DNA of 64,000 bases from Felis catus (lineage: Eukaryota), in assembly GCF_018350175.1 (NCBI RefSeq), contig NC_058368.1, forward strand, positions 230,828,001 through 230,892,000. The letters run 5' to 3'. Shown here piece by piece: positions 49,075 through 60,681 of this stretch (position 1 is its first letter; each line of letters opens with the position of its first letter). Below the pieces are notes generated by a model, which saw nothing but the letters and a program-made list of their open reading frames with translations, ran no database searches and had not been told where the DNA came from. The translations under genes and the position numbers were made by a program.

Positions 49075-49289
49075 GGGGCGCCTGGGTGGCGCAGTCGGTT
49101 AAGCGTCCGACTTCAGCCAGGTCACGATCTCGCTGTCCGTGAGTTCGAGCCCCGCGTCGGGCTCTGGGCTGATGGCTCAGAGCCTGGAGCCTGTTTCCGA
49201 TTCTGTGTCTCCCTCTCTTTCTGCTCCTCCCCCGTTCATGCTCTGTCTCTCTCTGTCCCAAAAATAAATAAACGTTGAAAAAAAAAAAA
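49075..49289 (+). mobile_element. Young felid SINE (SINEC_Fc-type)
   Basis: Perfect 18-bp TSD aagaaataaacagatccc at 49055-49072 and 49290-49307. Confidence 0.97.
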
Positions 49290-49300
49290 AAGAAATAAAC

Positions 49301-49533
49301 AGATCCCGGGAAACTTAACAGAAGACCATGGGGGAGGGGAAGGGGAAAAAAAAGGTAGAGAGGGAGGGAGCCAAACCATAAGAGACTCTGAAAAACTGAG
49401 AATAAACTGAGGGTTGATGGGGGGGTGGGAGGGAGGGGAAAGGGGGTGATGGGCATTGAGGAGGGCACTTGTTGGGCTGAGCACTGGGTGTTTATGGAAA
49501 CCAATCTGACAATAAATTTCATATTTAAAAAAA
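49301..49533 (+). mobile_element. Short felid L1 3'UTR
   Basis: gaaacttaacagaagaccatgggggaggggaagggg...ccaatctgacaataaa, closely similar to 16861-17130 in this window. Confidence 0.92.
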
Positions 49534-50468
49534 GGAAGTAAACCTTTATAACTGAAGCTAAGGGATAGCACAGCCTGCACGCCTGAGATTACTTCTGTAA
49601 GCCATCATCTGTGTTGGAACGTTAGTTGCACCATTGTTGAGCCAATGTCAGCATCATCCGCACTTTCCGGCGTGGTCTTTTCTATCCAGGCCGGTTGTCA
49701 GCTGCCGTTCAGAAGAGCTGTGTCCTCCCTGAGATGCGTGAAGATGCCAGTGGCCTGGGGGTGCTGAGTGCCCACCGGCTACCAACGTCTGTCCTGTTGC
49801 GGGCGCCCTGTGCTGGCGGGCGGGGCCCGGGACACGGCGGCCACAGACCCCTGCCCTGGGCCGAGGGCAGAGAGTTGGTGTGGTGGCTTCAGGCGACCCG
49901 GAATGTCCTTGGGAAGGGGGTACGTGGCTGTCACCCGCTTGTGGCCTGAGGTGCCTCCTGCAGGGAGAAGCGGTTCTGAGGGCACCATGTGAGCCCAGAA
50001 TAGAAAGCCCGAGATCTCACGGCAGCCGGAAGAGCGCCGAACTGTCCTGACTGCCGCGGTGACGAAATGGGGGAGACTCTGGGCGCAGGTGGGTGCCTCT
50101 CACTGCCACGTTTGCCTACGCGAGACTCGTAGATCAGTGCTCTACGTCTGCAGGTGACACGGGGCGGGGGTGCAGCGTCAGCATTCGTATACCGGCAGGG
50201 AGCGGCGAAAGTGATCCTTCAGCCGGTGGCAGCTTGGGCAGGAGAACGCTGACAGAGCAGGTGCGGGTCCCCACATCCCCACACGGCTGCCCGGGTCGGC
50301 CGGTGGCCCCTGTGACGGGCTGCCGGGGGAGGGGTGTCCATCTGCGGTCACAGAGTCTGCAGCCTGTCCTGATGTCAGCCCTCCCTCCCTCTGCTCGGGA
50401 GGGCCGAGTCCCCAGCTTCCAGCAGGTGTGAACTCCTATCAGGCTGGCAGCCTCTCCCGAAGAAGCAG

Positions 50469-50866
50469 GGTATCCATTTCCTAGGGCTTCCGGAACGAAG
50501 TGCCGCAGACGGGTGGTTTCCACAGCAGAGGCGTTCTCTCGAAGTTCTAGAGACAAGGATGTCAGTGGAGCCAAGTGCCCTCGGAGGCACTGGGGAAGGA
50601 GGCTTTCCAGGTGTCTCCCCCGGTGGCTGGCACTTAGTTCCTTGGCTGGTGGCCACATACAGATCTTCACCTGGCGTTCCTCCTGTGCCTGTGTCTGTGT
50701 CCAGTCTCCCCTTTCATAAGGACGCCATCCTGTTGGGTTAGGATCCCTCCCTGCCCCAGTGTGACCTCATCTTAACCAGCCACACTTGTAACCACCCCAT
50801 TTCCAAACAAGATGACATTTTGAGATACTGGGGGTAAGGACTTTAACTGAGAAATTGGAAGGGGAC
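50469..50866 (-). mobile_element. ERVL-MaLR solo LTR (MLT1C-like)
   Basis: tatccatttcctagggct...cagtgtgacctcatcttaac...ttttgagatactgggggtaaggactttaac. Confidence 0.75.
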
Positions 50867-50868
50867 CC

Positions 50869-51037
50869 GGGGCCCCTGGGTGGCTCAGTCGGTTAAGCAT
50901 CCGACTTCGGCTCAGACTTCCTCTTGCAGTCTGTGAGTTCGAGCCCCGCATCGGGCTGTGTGCTGACAGCTCAGAGCCCGGAGACTGCTTTGGATTCTGT
51001 GTCTCCCTCTCTCTCTCTCCCTGCCCTCCCCCCGCTC

Positions 51038-51085
<48 letters not shown>

Positions 51086-51125
51086 TCTCTCTCTCTCAAA
51101 AATAAATAAACATTAAAAAAACGTT
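50869..51125 (+). mobile_element. Can-SINE with internal (TG)n expansion
   Basis: Head at 50869. (TG)n at ~51043-51084 followed by (CT)n and tail. Confidence 0.93.
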
Positions 51126-52021
51126 TTTCCCGGAAGTGCCCGATGAACACAGACCACGAAATGTCCCAGAACTCGCAGGCATTAGCATCGTCAGGAACTC
51201 AGCCTCTGAGTTCTCTTTTCACGGAGATGGGCTCCAACAGAACGCTCGAGTCTGGCAGGTAGCGATTCAGAGGCTCGATGTTCTGCCGTGGGACGGAGCT
51301 TACGGGCATCCATGTGGCCCGGGAGCTTGGCTGGACCCCTTCCATTTGGGGCTGAGAAGGACGGTGCTGAAGGCCCAGCGTTCCCCCGGCGCCTGGTGCT
51401 GCCACCGATCAGCTCGTAGGCAACATCTGGTTCCGGAACGGATGCGGGGACCAGGCGTGATGGCTTAGCTTCTGAGCGCCCCATGCCTGCTCCCTCTCTC
51501 TCCACAGGCCTGCAGCCTCCTTATAAGACTGTCACCCACCCACCCCACAGTGGGAGAGCTCTTTTTATCAGATGGAAGGAGGGAAGCAGGGAAATGGAGC
51601 TATCAGTTTTCCCCTCCAGACACCACTCTGTGTATCTGCAGTGGAGTCAGCCTCTTGGAACGGATGAGTCTTTTGTTTTCATGGTGTTACTCAAAGGGTT
51701 GCACTATTTATCAGGAGCATTTTCTTATTACATAAACATATGAACTGAATTTAAATCAGCTCTCCAGTGCTTGGACTTTATAGAATGAAGTATGGAATAG
51801 TAGCTTCATGGAATAATGCTACATATAAGAATAACTACGTAGAAACAAGAGCCCTTTATGGAGTTTGCTACATTCTAATGATTATGCCTGAAATTTTAAA
51901 CCTTCTATTTAAATACACTCTATTGACTTCAACTGTCTCTGAATCCACAGCACTCAGAAAACACTTTGGTGAATCAGTGATAATACAGCTTAGACTCTGA
52001 TTCTTTAAAGGGAAAATAGTT

Positions 52022-52235
52022 GGGACGCCTGGGTGGCTCAGTAGGTTAAGCATCTGACATCGGCTCGGGTCATGATTTCGTGTTCGTGAGTTCAAGCCCT
52101 GTGTCGGGCTCTGTGCTGACCGCCCAGAGCCTGGAGCCTGCTTCGGATTCTGTGTCTCCCTCTCTGTCCCTCTCCTGCTCACACTCTGTCTTTCTTTCTT
52201 TTCAAAAATAAATAAAGATTTTTTTTAAAAAAGGC
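52022..52235 (+). mobile_element. Can-SINE
   Basis: TSD aaagg(g/c)aaaatagt. Confidence 0.93.
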
Positions 52236-53970
52236 AAAATAGTCAATCAACTTTATTAACTTGATTACTTCTTATTTCCCAGCCAGAAAAGGAGGTCAGT
52301 GAGGTAAGGCCAGTGTGGAGGAAGAAAAGTCTTTATTCTTATGGACATCTTCTATTGGACCCATAGCTCTCTCTGGGCAAGATACTTACTTCGGTTTTTG
52401 GCTGTGTGCAACCTCTAACGCAGGGCTGCAGTCATTAATGTAAAACGAATGTGGACTGGAGTCATGAGGATAGTGTTATAATCGAGAAATTCTCATAGAA
52501 TCATCAGATTTACAGCTGGACATGACCTGATAAATCACCTAATCCAAGGAAGATGTCAGATGTTACCAAAGATCTAGAAGGGTCTAGATACCAAAAGCAA
52601 AACATCTACAGGGTAGAGACCCACAACGTTTTTTTATATTAAAATTAAGCCCTTGCCAACTTCTGGGTATATCTCCAAAAGATTTGAAAGCAGGGTCTCA
52701 AAGAGAAATTTTCACAACCATGTTCCAGCCATTTCTGTTCCACAGTTGACATGGCACCACTAGAAAGATGGGTCTTCCCCTAAGGGGAAACCAGACTAGG
52801 ATCTTCACGGATGTTGCTTCAAGAATCATGGTCAAGTCTGAGGTTAAGGATTTTGCGAATAGGGCACAATCATGGGTTGTTTGGTGTGCCGGTGGAAAGG
52901 TGGCTGGCCGTGGCCCCCCTCACATTCTGCAAAATACAGCTCCCCCCAGGACAGCTGCATAGCAGTGGAGAAAACAGTGTGTCTGTGGTACTCCAGGAGT
53001 TTGTCCAAAAGTTGGACTACCACCACTAACTTTGTATTCTAGATAATTTTGAATTTGTATGTTGGGACTAGAGCTTAAATGACATCTGTTCACTGTTCCT
53101 TCGTGGCAGGCTCTCTCAGCACGATGACAATGAGATTTAGAGCATCTTCAGCCAGTCTGACTAAATATAGAGGAGTAACTGCTATTTTCTGGGGGGTGTC
53201 GAGGGAGGTGGGGAATGAAGGGAAGGACCGCTACGACGACAGAGCAGAAATAGGACGTTTTGATGTGGGCACTTACCTTCCAAGATGGCAGTTGACTGTA
53301 AAACTTAAGCTTGGTTCCAGAAGTACTAATTCTTCTCCTCCAGCACAGCTTGAGCTCTGCAGCGAAGGTTAGCTTTCCGCACATGTGGCGTCAGTAGAAA
53401 GTGGACATGATGGAATAGTTCTACCCCCTTTGTGGGGAAAGGGTAACTGCCCTCCTGCAATTTTGGCTAAGTTCTGTGGGTTGACCGAAACACCAGGAAA
53501 ATTGACACAACGTGAATGTTGTTAGTTAACACGCTGTCAATTAACATGGGGACGTTGATACTCTGAACCTAGAAGCATATGCAGAATTGTGATAAAACAG
53601 AAATACGGGGAGTCTGAGTCAGGGCAAATGGTGTAAATGAGCATTTTGCAAAAGGCAAAGGAGATGATGTTGCTAATGCCGGAGGGAGGGCCGGGCTGGC
53701 TCCGTCCCCACTGCCTTGTCCTCTGTGGATCTCTTCCCTCTCTATACTCACTTTGGCACAAGGGCTGCGTGTGCCAGTGTATCTCTCCATGGCTGCGCAA
53801 AGGCGTGCTGCAGCGTGCCTGCCCAGAATTCCTACCTTCGGGCAAGATATGTCCCTCCTGAGTTCCCCCTAAGTGGAACCTAGGAGTGTAGCGATGATAC
53901 CCATTTACCTGGACTTCCTGGCAGGTCGGGTTTCTAAAGAACATTCTTAGATCTGTGAGATTATACATCA

Positions 53971-54118
53971 GGGGGCACCTGGGTGGCTCAGTTGGCTAAG
54001 CATCTGACTCTTGATTTTGGCTCAGGTCATGATCTCGAGGTTCATGAGATCAAGTCTGGCGTGTCTGTGCATGCACTCACGCACTCTCTCTGTCTTAAAA
54101 TAAATATTTAGAAAACCA
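53971..54118 (+). mobile_element. Can-SINE with internal deletion
   Basis: Head gggggcacctgggtggctcag. Degenerate TSD agattatacatcag / agattctacgtcag. Confidence 0.88.
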
Positions 54119-54319
54119 AGATTCTACGTCAGCATCACTATTTTAATTTCTTGACCCCAGAATCTATGACTCTATACACCTTCTCTTTATATCTCACTTC
54201 CCTGAAGCTCCGGAAAACAAGGCAAAACAAATTGAGTGTCAGTTGTCCACCACAGCTCTCCGTTGTCTTTTTTGCCTGTCCCTTGGGCTGAGTCTGAATG
54301 TTCCCCCAGAACTTTAAGT

Positions 54320-55135
54320 GTGTGTGGGGGGGGGCGGATTTCTGGACTCTGGATTCTGTCCCATTGGTCTGTGTCTGTTTTTTTGGGTCAGTACCATACT
54401 GTTTTGATTACAGTAGCTTTGTAATATAGTTTGAAACCAAGAAGTGTGTCTCCAGCTTTGTTCTTCTTTCTCAGGATTCCTTTGGCTATTTGGGGTCTTT
54501 GTGCGTCCATACCAAGTTTAAGATTGTTTTCTTCTATTTCTGTGAAAAATGTCATTGGAATTTTGGTAACAACTGCTTCAAATGTGTGGATTGCTCTGAG
54601 TGGTCTGGACCTTTTAACAGTGTTAATTCTTTCGATCCATGAGCACAGGCTGTCTTTCCATTTACTTGCATCTTCTTCAGTTTCTCTCATCAGCATTGTA
54701 CAGTTTTCAGTGTGTAGATCTTTCACCTCCTTTATTAAATGTATTCGTAAGTATTTTATAATTTTTGATGCTATCGCAAATGGGATTTTTTAAATGTCTT
54801 TTTTGGCTAGTTTGTTGTTTGTGACTAGAAAGGTAGTCGATTTCTGTGTATTGATTTTGTATCCCTCATCTTTATGGAATTTGTTTATCACTTCTAACAC
54901 TGTTTTAGTGAAGCCATTGGGATTTTTTAAGATTACGTCATCTATAAACAGAGACAGCTTTACCTCTTCCTTTCGGACCTGTATGCCTGTTATTTCTGTT
55001 TCTTGCCTGATTGCTCTGGCTAGGACTTCTAGTACTGTTAATAGAATAGGAGTTTTGAGAGCAGGCACCTTTTCTTGCTTTTGATCTTCTCAGCAAAGCT
55101 CTCAGTGTTTCACCGTTGAGTATTACATCAGCTGT
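54320..55135 (-). mobile_element. L1 ORF2 fragment (reverse-transcriptase region), decayed
   Basis: Minus ORFs: VLEVLARAIRQ...KEEVKLSLFIDD (degenerate FADD motif)...GYKINTQKS, and [14 protein letters not shown]...[15 protein letters not shown]. Frameshifted. Confidence 0.93.
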
Positions 55136-55158
55136 GGAATTGTCCCAGAGGCCTGTGT

Positions 55159-55163
<5 letters not shown>

Positions 55164-55203
<40 letters not shown>
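55164..55203. repeat. (TG)n microsatellite
   Basis: Read directly. Confidence 0.95.
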
Positions 55204-55205
<2 letters not shown>

Positions 55206-55374
55206 ATGCAGGTGCACACAGAAGAAGCCTGTACAGTGATGTGATTACCGTTGCTGCTCAGCTAAGCAGAAGTGATAGAGGCTACTCAGCAACCAGCAGA
55301 ATCCTGGTCTCCCAAGTCCCCCCACCAGCGCTGTCACCATCCCATAGCTTGTCTCCTCTGACCAAGAAGAGGGC

Positions 55375-55515
55375 AGAGGCTCTCAAATTTCAAAGTGCTT
55401 ACAAATCCCCTGGGAATGCAGATCCCACCTCAGCAGGTCTGGGGTGGGGCCTGAGACCCCGTTTCTCACAGGCTCCCAGGGGGCGCGGCTTGTTCTTATC
55501 CCACTTGGAGTAGTG
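55375..55515. mobile_element. hAT-Charlie MER5A-like MITE
   Basis: ctctcaaattt...aatgcagat...tcagcaggtctggggtggggcctgaga...ccacttggagtag. Confidence 0.6.
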
Positions 55516-55607
55516 AGACCCCATTCCAGTCTCTGTAACGCTGATAAAGTTTATGTGCTTCTCAGAAATGTGTCAACACTACATCAGATGTAAAAAATGT
55601 TATATGA

Positions 55608-55820
55608 GGGGCGCCTGGATGGCTCAGTCAGTTGAGTGTCTAACTTCAGCTCAGGTCACGATCTTGCTGTTCATGAGTTCAAGCCCCACGTGAGGCTCTG
55701 TGCTGACAGCTCAGATTCTGTGTCTCCTCTCTGTGCCCCCCCCCACTCATGTGTGCTCTCTCTCTCTCTGTCTCTCTCTCTCTCTCTCTCAAAAATAAAC
55801 ATAAAAAAATATTTTTAAAA
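55608..55820 (+). mobile_element. Can-SINE
   Basis: TSD aaaaatgttat(a/g)tga. Confidence 0.93.
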
Positions 55821-55946
55821 ATGTTATGTGAATAATTTATCCTTTCGCTATCTATAAATAAATATAACTTCCTAATTGATCATCCGATTTAGAAGTACTC
55901 CAGACAGGAGAAGAGAGACAGTATAAGTGAGAACTATATATTGGGC

Positions 55947-55976
55947 TTTTTTTTTTTTTAATGTTTGTTTATTTAC

Positions 55977-56015
<39 letters not shown>

Positions 56016-56196
56016 GAGAGCACAAGCAAGGGAAGGGTGGAGGGGGAGGGGGTTGCAGAGAGAGAGAATCCCAAGCAGACTCTGCAGCTTTCAGCGCAAA
56101 GCCCGATTCGGGGCTCGAGCCCATGAACTGTGAGATCATGACGTCATCTGAGCTGAAACCAAGAGCCTGATGTTTGACTGAGCCACCCAGGCACCT
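55947..56196 (-). mobile_element. Can-SINE with long (GA)n
   Basis: Poly-T, (GA)n at 55980-56011, ends gactgagccacccaggcacct. Confidence 0.92.
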
Positions 56197-59100
56197 CCTA
56201 GCTCTTGGACTTTTTTATGGGACTTTAATCTATTTGGAAGGTGTCAGTCAGCCTCTTGGGTGTATGATACGTCTCATCTTAACTGGGCCCTGGGGAATAA
56301 GAAGTTCAGAAGACTGTCCCTGCTATCAAACAAGCAATTTAGCATCATTTGGAAAGTCAGACGGCCAAATAATGACAAATACAAGCCACCGTTAGACCAG
56401 GTGCCTTATATACTTAGTCTTACTTTGTCCTCACCGCCTGCAAAGGGAGGCAGTGTCTCTCGTTATGGATGAGGAAATCTGCTGAGAAACGCTGCTGACA
56501 TGCCCAAGGTCATCCTAACAGGAAATGACACAAGTAAGATTTGCATCCAAATCTGTCCTGTTCCAAAGACGTGCCACTGTGCTACCCACCGCTTGTGTTC
56601 TGGCAACTAACCAACCCTCTTTTTCCAAAGAATTTGGGGGCAATTATTGAGAAGAGAACCTCATTGTTTACTCTGAATCTTAAAAGTTCAGAGACATATT
56701 TGCAGCACTGAGGTTGTTTCCAGCCAAGCTCACTTAAGATAGAGTTTCTGGGATTTTTCTTCTACCCCAACTGTCAACTCCGGCTTGCAGCTGTACGAGG
56801 CACAGTGCAGGTGACACGGGTTCCCACGAGGGCATGCCCCGCTGCCTCGGCCTGAATAATGGCAGCACGGCTCCAGCAAGTGCTGAGATCTCCGTGACAG
56901 AAGCCACAGAGCCAGGAAAATGACCATCCGCCTCAGAAGCGCCCAGCCCAGTGCGTGGGAGACACAGAGCACCAAGACTGGGGCCATCTTGATTTTAGAA
57001 GCCATAGATCGGACGGAGATTCCTCAAGTCAGCAAAGAGAGGAAATCAGAGCAGAAAAGCACAAATAAGAGGAAGTTAGGGTAAAACCGATGACTCATGG
57101 CTGCTGAATTCATTTTGACTTTAAGTGGAAAAAAGAAGTAAAAAGCCTTAAATGGGAAGGGTGGTGCCCACATGGGCCCAAAACAAACACTGCTAAAGAA
57201 TGGAAGAGTGTGTTTTCATTTTGCCAGAGGCTCCGAATGTGATTATAGATAGAAACAAATGTCAACCCTTCCAGCTCGAGCAAGGTGGAGCCTGGGCAGT
57301 GGATTTCTATGAGAAAGGACTTTGTTGCCTTTGTTGGGTCAGAGGTCTGAAGCCTGAAGCCGAGAGGCGGGGGAAGGAGGCCCAGGGCTGCAGGTGTCCG
57401 TGGAACCCCCAGCATCTTCTGGGCACTCAGAGCTCCAGACTCTGCGCCTATGTGGCCGTGGTCCCTGGATGGGAGGTTCTGGAAACCCAAGCCTGAGGGT
57501 GAACACAAGGGCTCCTCCCTCTGAGTCACTGAGCTGGCATCCTTTAGGGGACAACAGAACCAGGAAAGAGAAATGTTTCCACTTGGAGCTTGAGTTTGAC
57601 CCAACTCAGACTGGGTCTTTTGTCTGTTCGTTTTTCTGTTGGTCTTTGTAGCTTTCTTTTTTGATCCTAGACCATCTTTACGACTATGAAACCAAGCAGT
57701 TTAGGGACATAGAGTCTCCTAGGCTCAGGCTTCCTGTTGTCTGCCTGAAATGTGCATGAAGCAGCTTGGCCAGGAAAAGTCTGCACTGGGGGACTCCCCA
57801 CATCCTGATCCATGGCTCCTGGGTCATCCCACCTACGGCACTAGCCTTCCGAGCCTGTCTCTTCATCGACAGCATGACATTTGTAGATGAGTCTTTTCTC
57901 TTGTGGGACTTTTATGATGAAAATAGAATGAGGAAAAATGAACACCTATAGGCTTTGAAGCAAACTAAAAGCACGCATGTGTGAAGTTCCTGTTCTGTGG
58001 CAGGGACTTTGCTGGACTCCGGAGGAGACGAGAAAACACAAGTGAGTCCTCGCGAAACTTGGAGACACGGATAGGTCCTCAGTGGGACCCTTTGCCCTGC
58101 GATGGTGGTAGAGTCGATCCTGGGTGGGCGATGAGTCATTTCAAACTTAAACAGGATTAAAGGCACTGTGCTTTTAAGTCTTTTTAAAGTTTTTACTAAG
58201 AATTATTGTATGACATTTTTAGGATAACAGAAGGAAATGGACTGTCTGTGAGCTACGGTTTGTTGAACAAATCTCTCGTTTCTTTAGTGCTGTATGGTTT
58301 TTTTCTGCACCCAAACAATGCATCGTTTGTATTTCAGTATTTGCTTCAATAATCTTCCAAATGAACACCCTGAAAATGCACTCAGGTAACACACAGTCCC
58401 CACTACGAGGCAGAGGAAGAAGGACGAGGCTCCTTTTCATAGATCCTTGGGAGCCCTTTGTCAACACCGAAGTTGTCACAACTCAGCAGTACAATGAGGA
58501 TGAAGATAACAGCATATAATAAAATGTATAGCCAACTCAGACCAAGATTTTTAATGAGGCAGGAGCCGGGTTTCACACATTGATTCTTTTGCTTTCGTAT
58601 CTGGCCCAGAGCCTGCCATATAATCTCTCCTCACGAAGTGCTACGTGCTAATTAGGGACTGTAGCCTGCTCTCTTTTCCTTTACTAAAAATGCTCAAGCA
58701 CTGCTTTGTTTTATTTCCTGCCTGGGTATTCTTAATGATCATTCCTATATATCTCCATTCGTCATCTGTTATTTCTTCCCGAGAGTCCCCAAGACATGGC
58801 CCTACCAATACTCGTGTTAGGATGACCCAGGGGAGCTGAGTATCGTTTCCAAGGTTCCGTGGCCACTGAGTTGTTCTTACAAAGCACCAGGGTGGACGAG
58901 GAGGCCCCAGTTAGACGACCTGAGGTGAGCCAGCTGCACCAGGAGCTGGCTGAGTGAGCTTTGCTCTGCAAATTGTATCTCTAGGAGAGGAGATACATAT
59001 ATATGTGGAAGGGCGGCTGAATTCTTTTCCATGGTTTGTAACATTGTCTTCTGTTTTGATCCAATGGGCTATTAATACTGTATCTTCTCTCTTCTATCAG

Positions 59101-60475
59101 CTTAAGAGTTTGTGACTATAAATGCTGTTTTGGAGAGACTGGATGTGTAGCCTTCTTTTATAAACTGCTTACTCTTCCAAGGGGACTGTCTGTGGCAGCC
59201 GGAGGCTTGCGAGGCAGCAGATACATAGGTCTATCTGCCTATGTTTCTTTGTCATTGACATTTTATCAAGGGACACGGCTCTGAAGGATGACCGTGCCTT
59301 CTAATGGCCAGGACTTTGCGGCCCCAATGGCCAGAAGCCTGAGGATGTGTAAAGAGGATTTTTCGGTACATTGATTACTGAAAGTCTTGCTATCCAGCTT
59401 CCATGACGGATACTCGGTTCTGTGGGCTTCTTGCTAACTGCAGTTTAAAGGGTGATGGGGAATAGTAATTGTGAGAAAGAACCGCCGTGAGCATTAGCTG
59501 TTGGGTGGTGGGTGTGAGCAGGGTATTGTCAGGGGCTAGGCGTTGTCATGTAGACGTTGACGTTTCCCCGATGGGTTTCCTTAGCGTGACTGGTACCTCC
59601 CCGTGGCACCTGCCTGGTGGGGTGTGACAGCCCACAGCTGACCCCCCGGCAGCAGGGACCAGGTTTGCTGTGGGAGGAACGCAGGACAGAAAAGATTTCT
59701 TCTTGCTGCCCAGGGGCGTACAGACTTCCAAGGGTGTTTACTTGGCACGACTGATCTGTTCCTGAAAAGTTTCTCATAAATCACGATTTCTCTTATCAAG
59801 CTTTATTTCCCTGCTGACACGATTTCAGACCTTCTGCAGCCCCGTTTTCCCCCTGATTCTCCGCGGGTGGCACTCGGTGTCTCCTGTGCCCCCACTTCCT
59901 GTTGTCTCTGGAAACTGTGCACAACCAGTAAGCATGCCGAGACCCCAGGCTTCCTAAAATTGGCCCCGGCTGTCAGCCAGAGGGGCACTGCCACCGTGGG
60001 GTGGGCGCTGAGTCGGGAGGTGTGGAAATTACTGAGGGCGACCCTGGTGTATCCTCGTGTCCTCTGCTAGAGAAATTAAAACTGGTGTGCATCTCCGCTG
60101 AGTCAAGGCTGCCACATCATCAAGAGGGCTCAGGTCACGTCCAACTTGGGATCATCAAATTAATTGTTACATGTGACAAACTGACATGGAAAGTGATAAA
60201 TACCTGTGTGCGTTCTCCCTGTTAAAATTCCACGGTGAGTTTTCATGGCCGGGGAGCTCGGATGACGGACAAGGCGGGGGGCCCCCTTCCTACAGCAGCC
60301 TGCCCTGCTTCGTGCCCTCGGAGCACTGGCCCTGTTTGCCTAGAAACGTTCATTAACGCATTGATTTCCTGCTGGTTGTGGCAGTTCTTAGCATTTTTCT
60401 TCTTTCTGTTCCCCAGATAGCTCTGGGGAATTGCTTTCAAGGGGTGCTGTTCACCTAGAAGTGACCCAGCAGCTA

Positions 60476-60681
60476 TTTTATTGTTTATTTATTTTTGAGA
60501 GACAGAGACAGGGTGCAAGTGGTGGGGGAGGGGGGGGGAGAGCGAGAATCCGAAGCAGCTCCAGGCTCCAAGCTCCAAGCGGTCAGCACAGAGCCCAACA
60601 CGAGGCTCGAACCCAGGAACTATGAGATCATGACCTGAGCCGAAGTCAGACACTTAACCGACTGAGCCCCCCAGGGGCCCC
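60476..60681 (-). mobile_element. Can-SINE
   Basis: TSD acccagcagcta at 60464-60475 and 60684-60695. Confidence 0.93.

Noticed and set aside
54388..55068. Reverse-transcriptase-like ORFs as a novel RT system
   Set aside because: An ordinary decayed L1 ORF2 fragment with frameshifts and a mutated catalytic motif.
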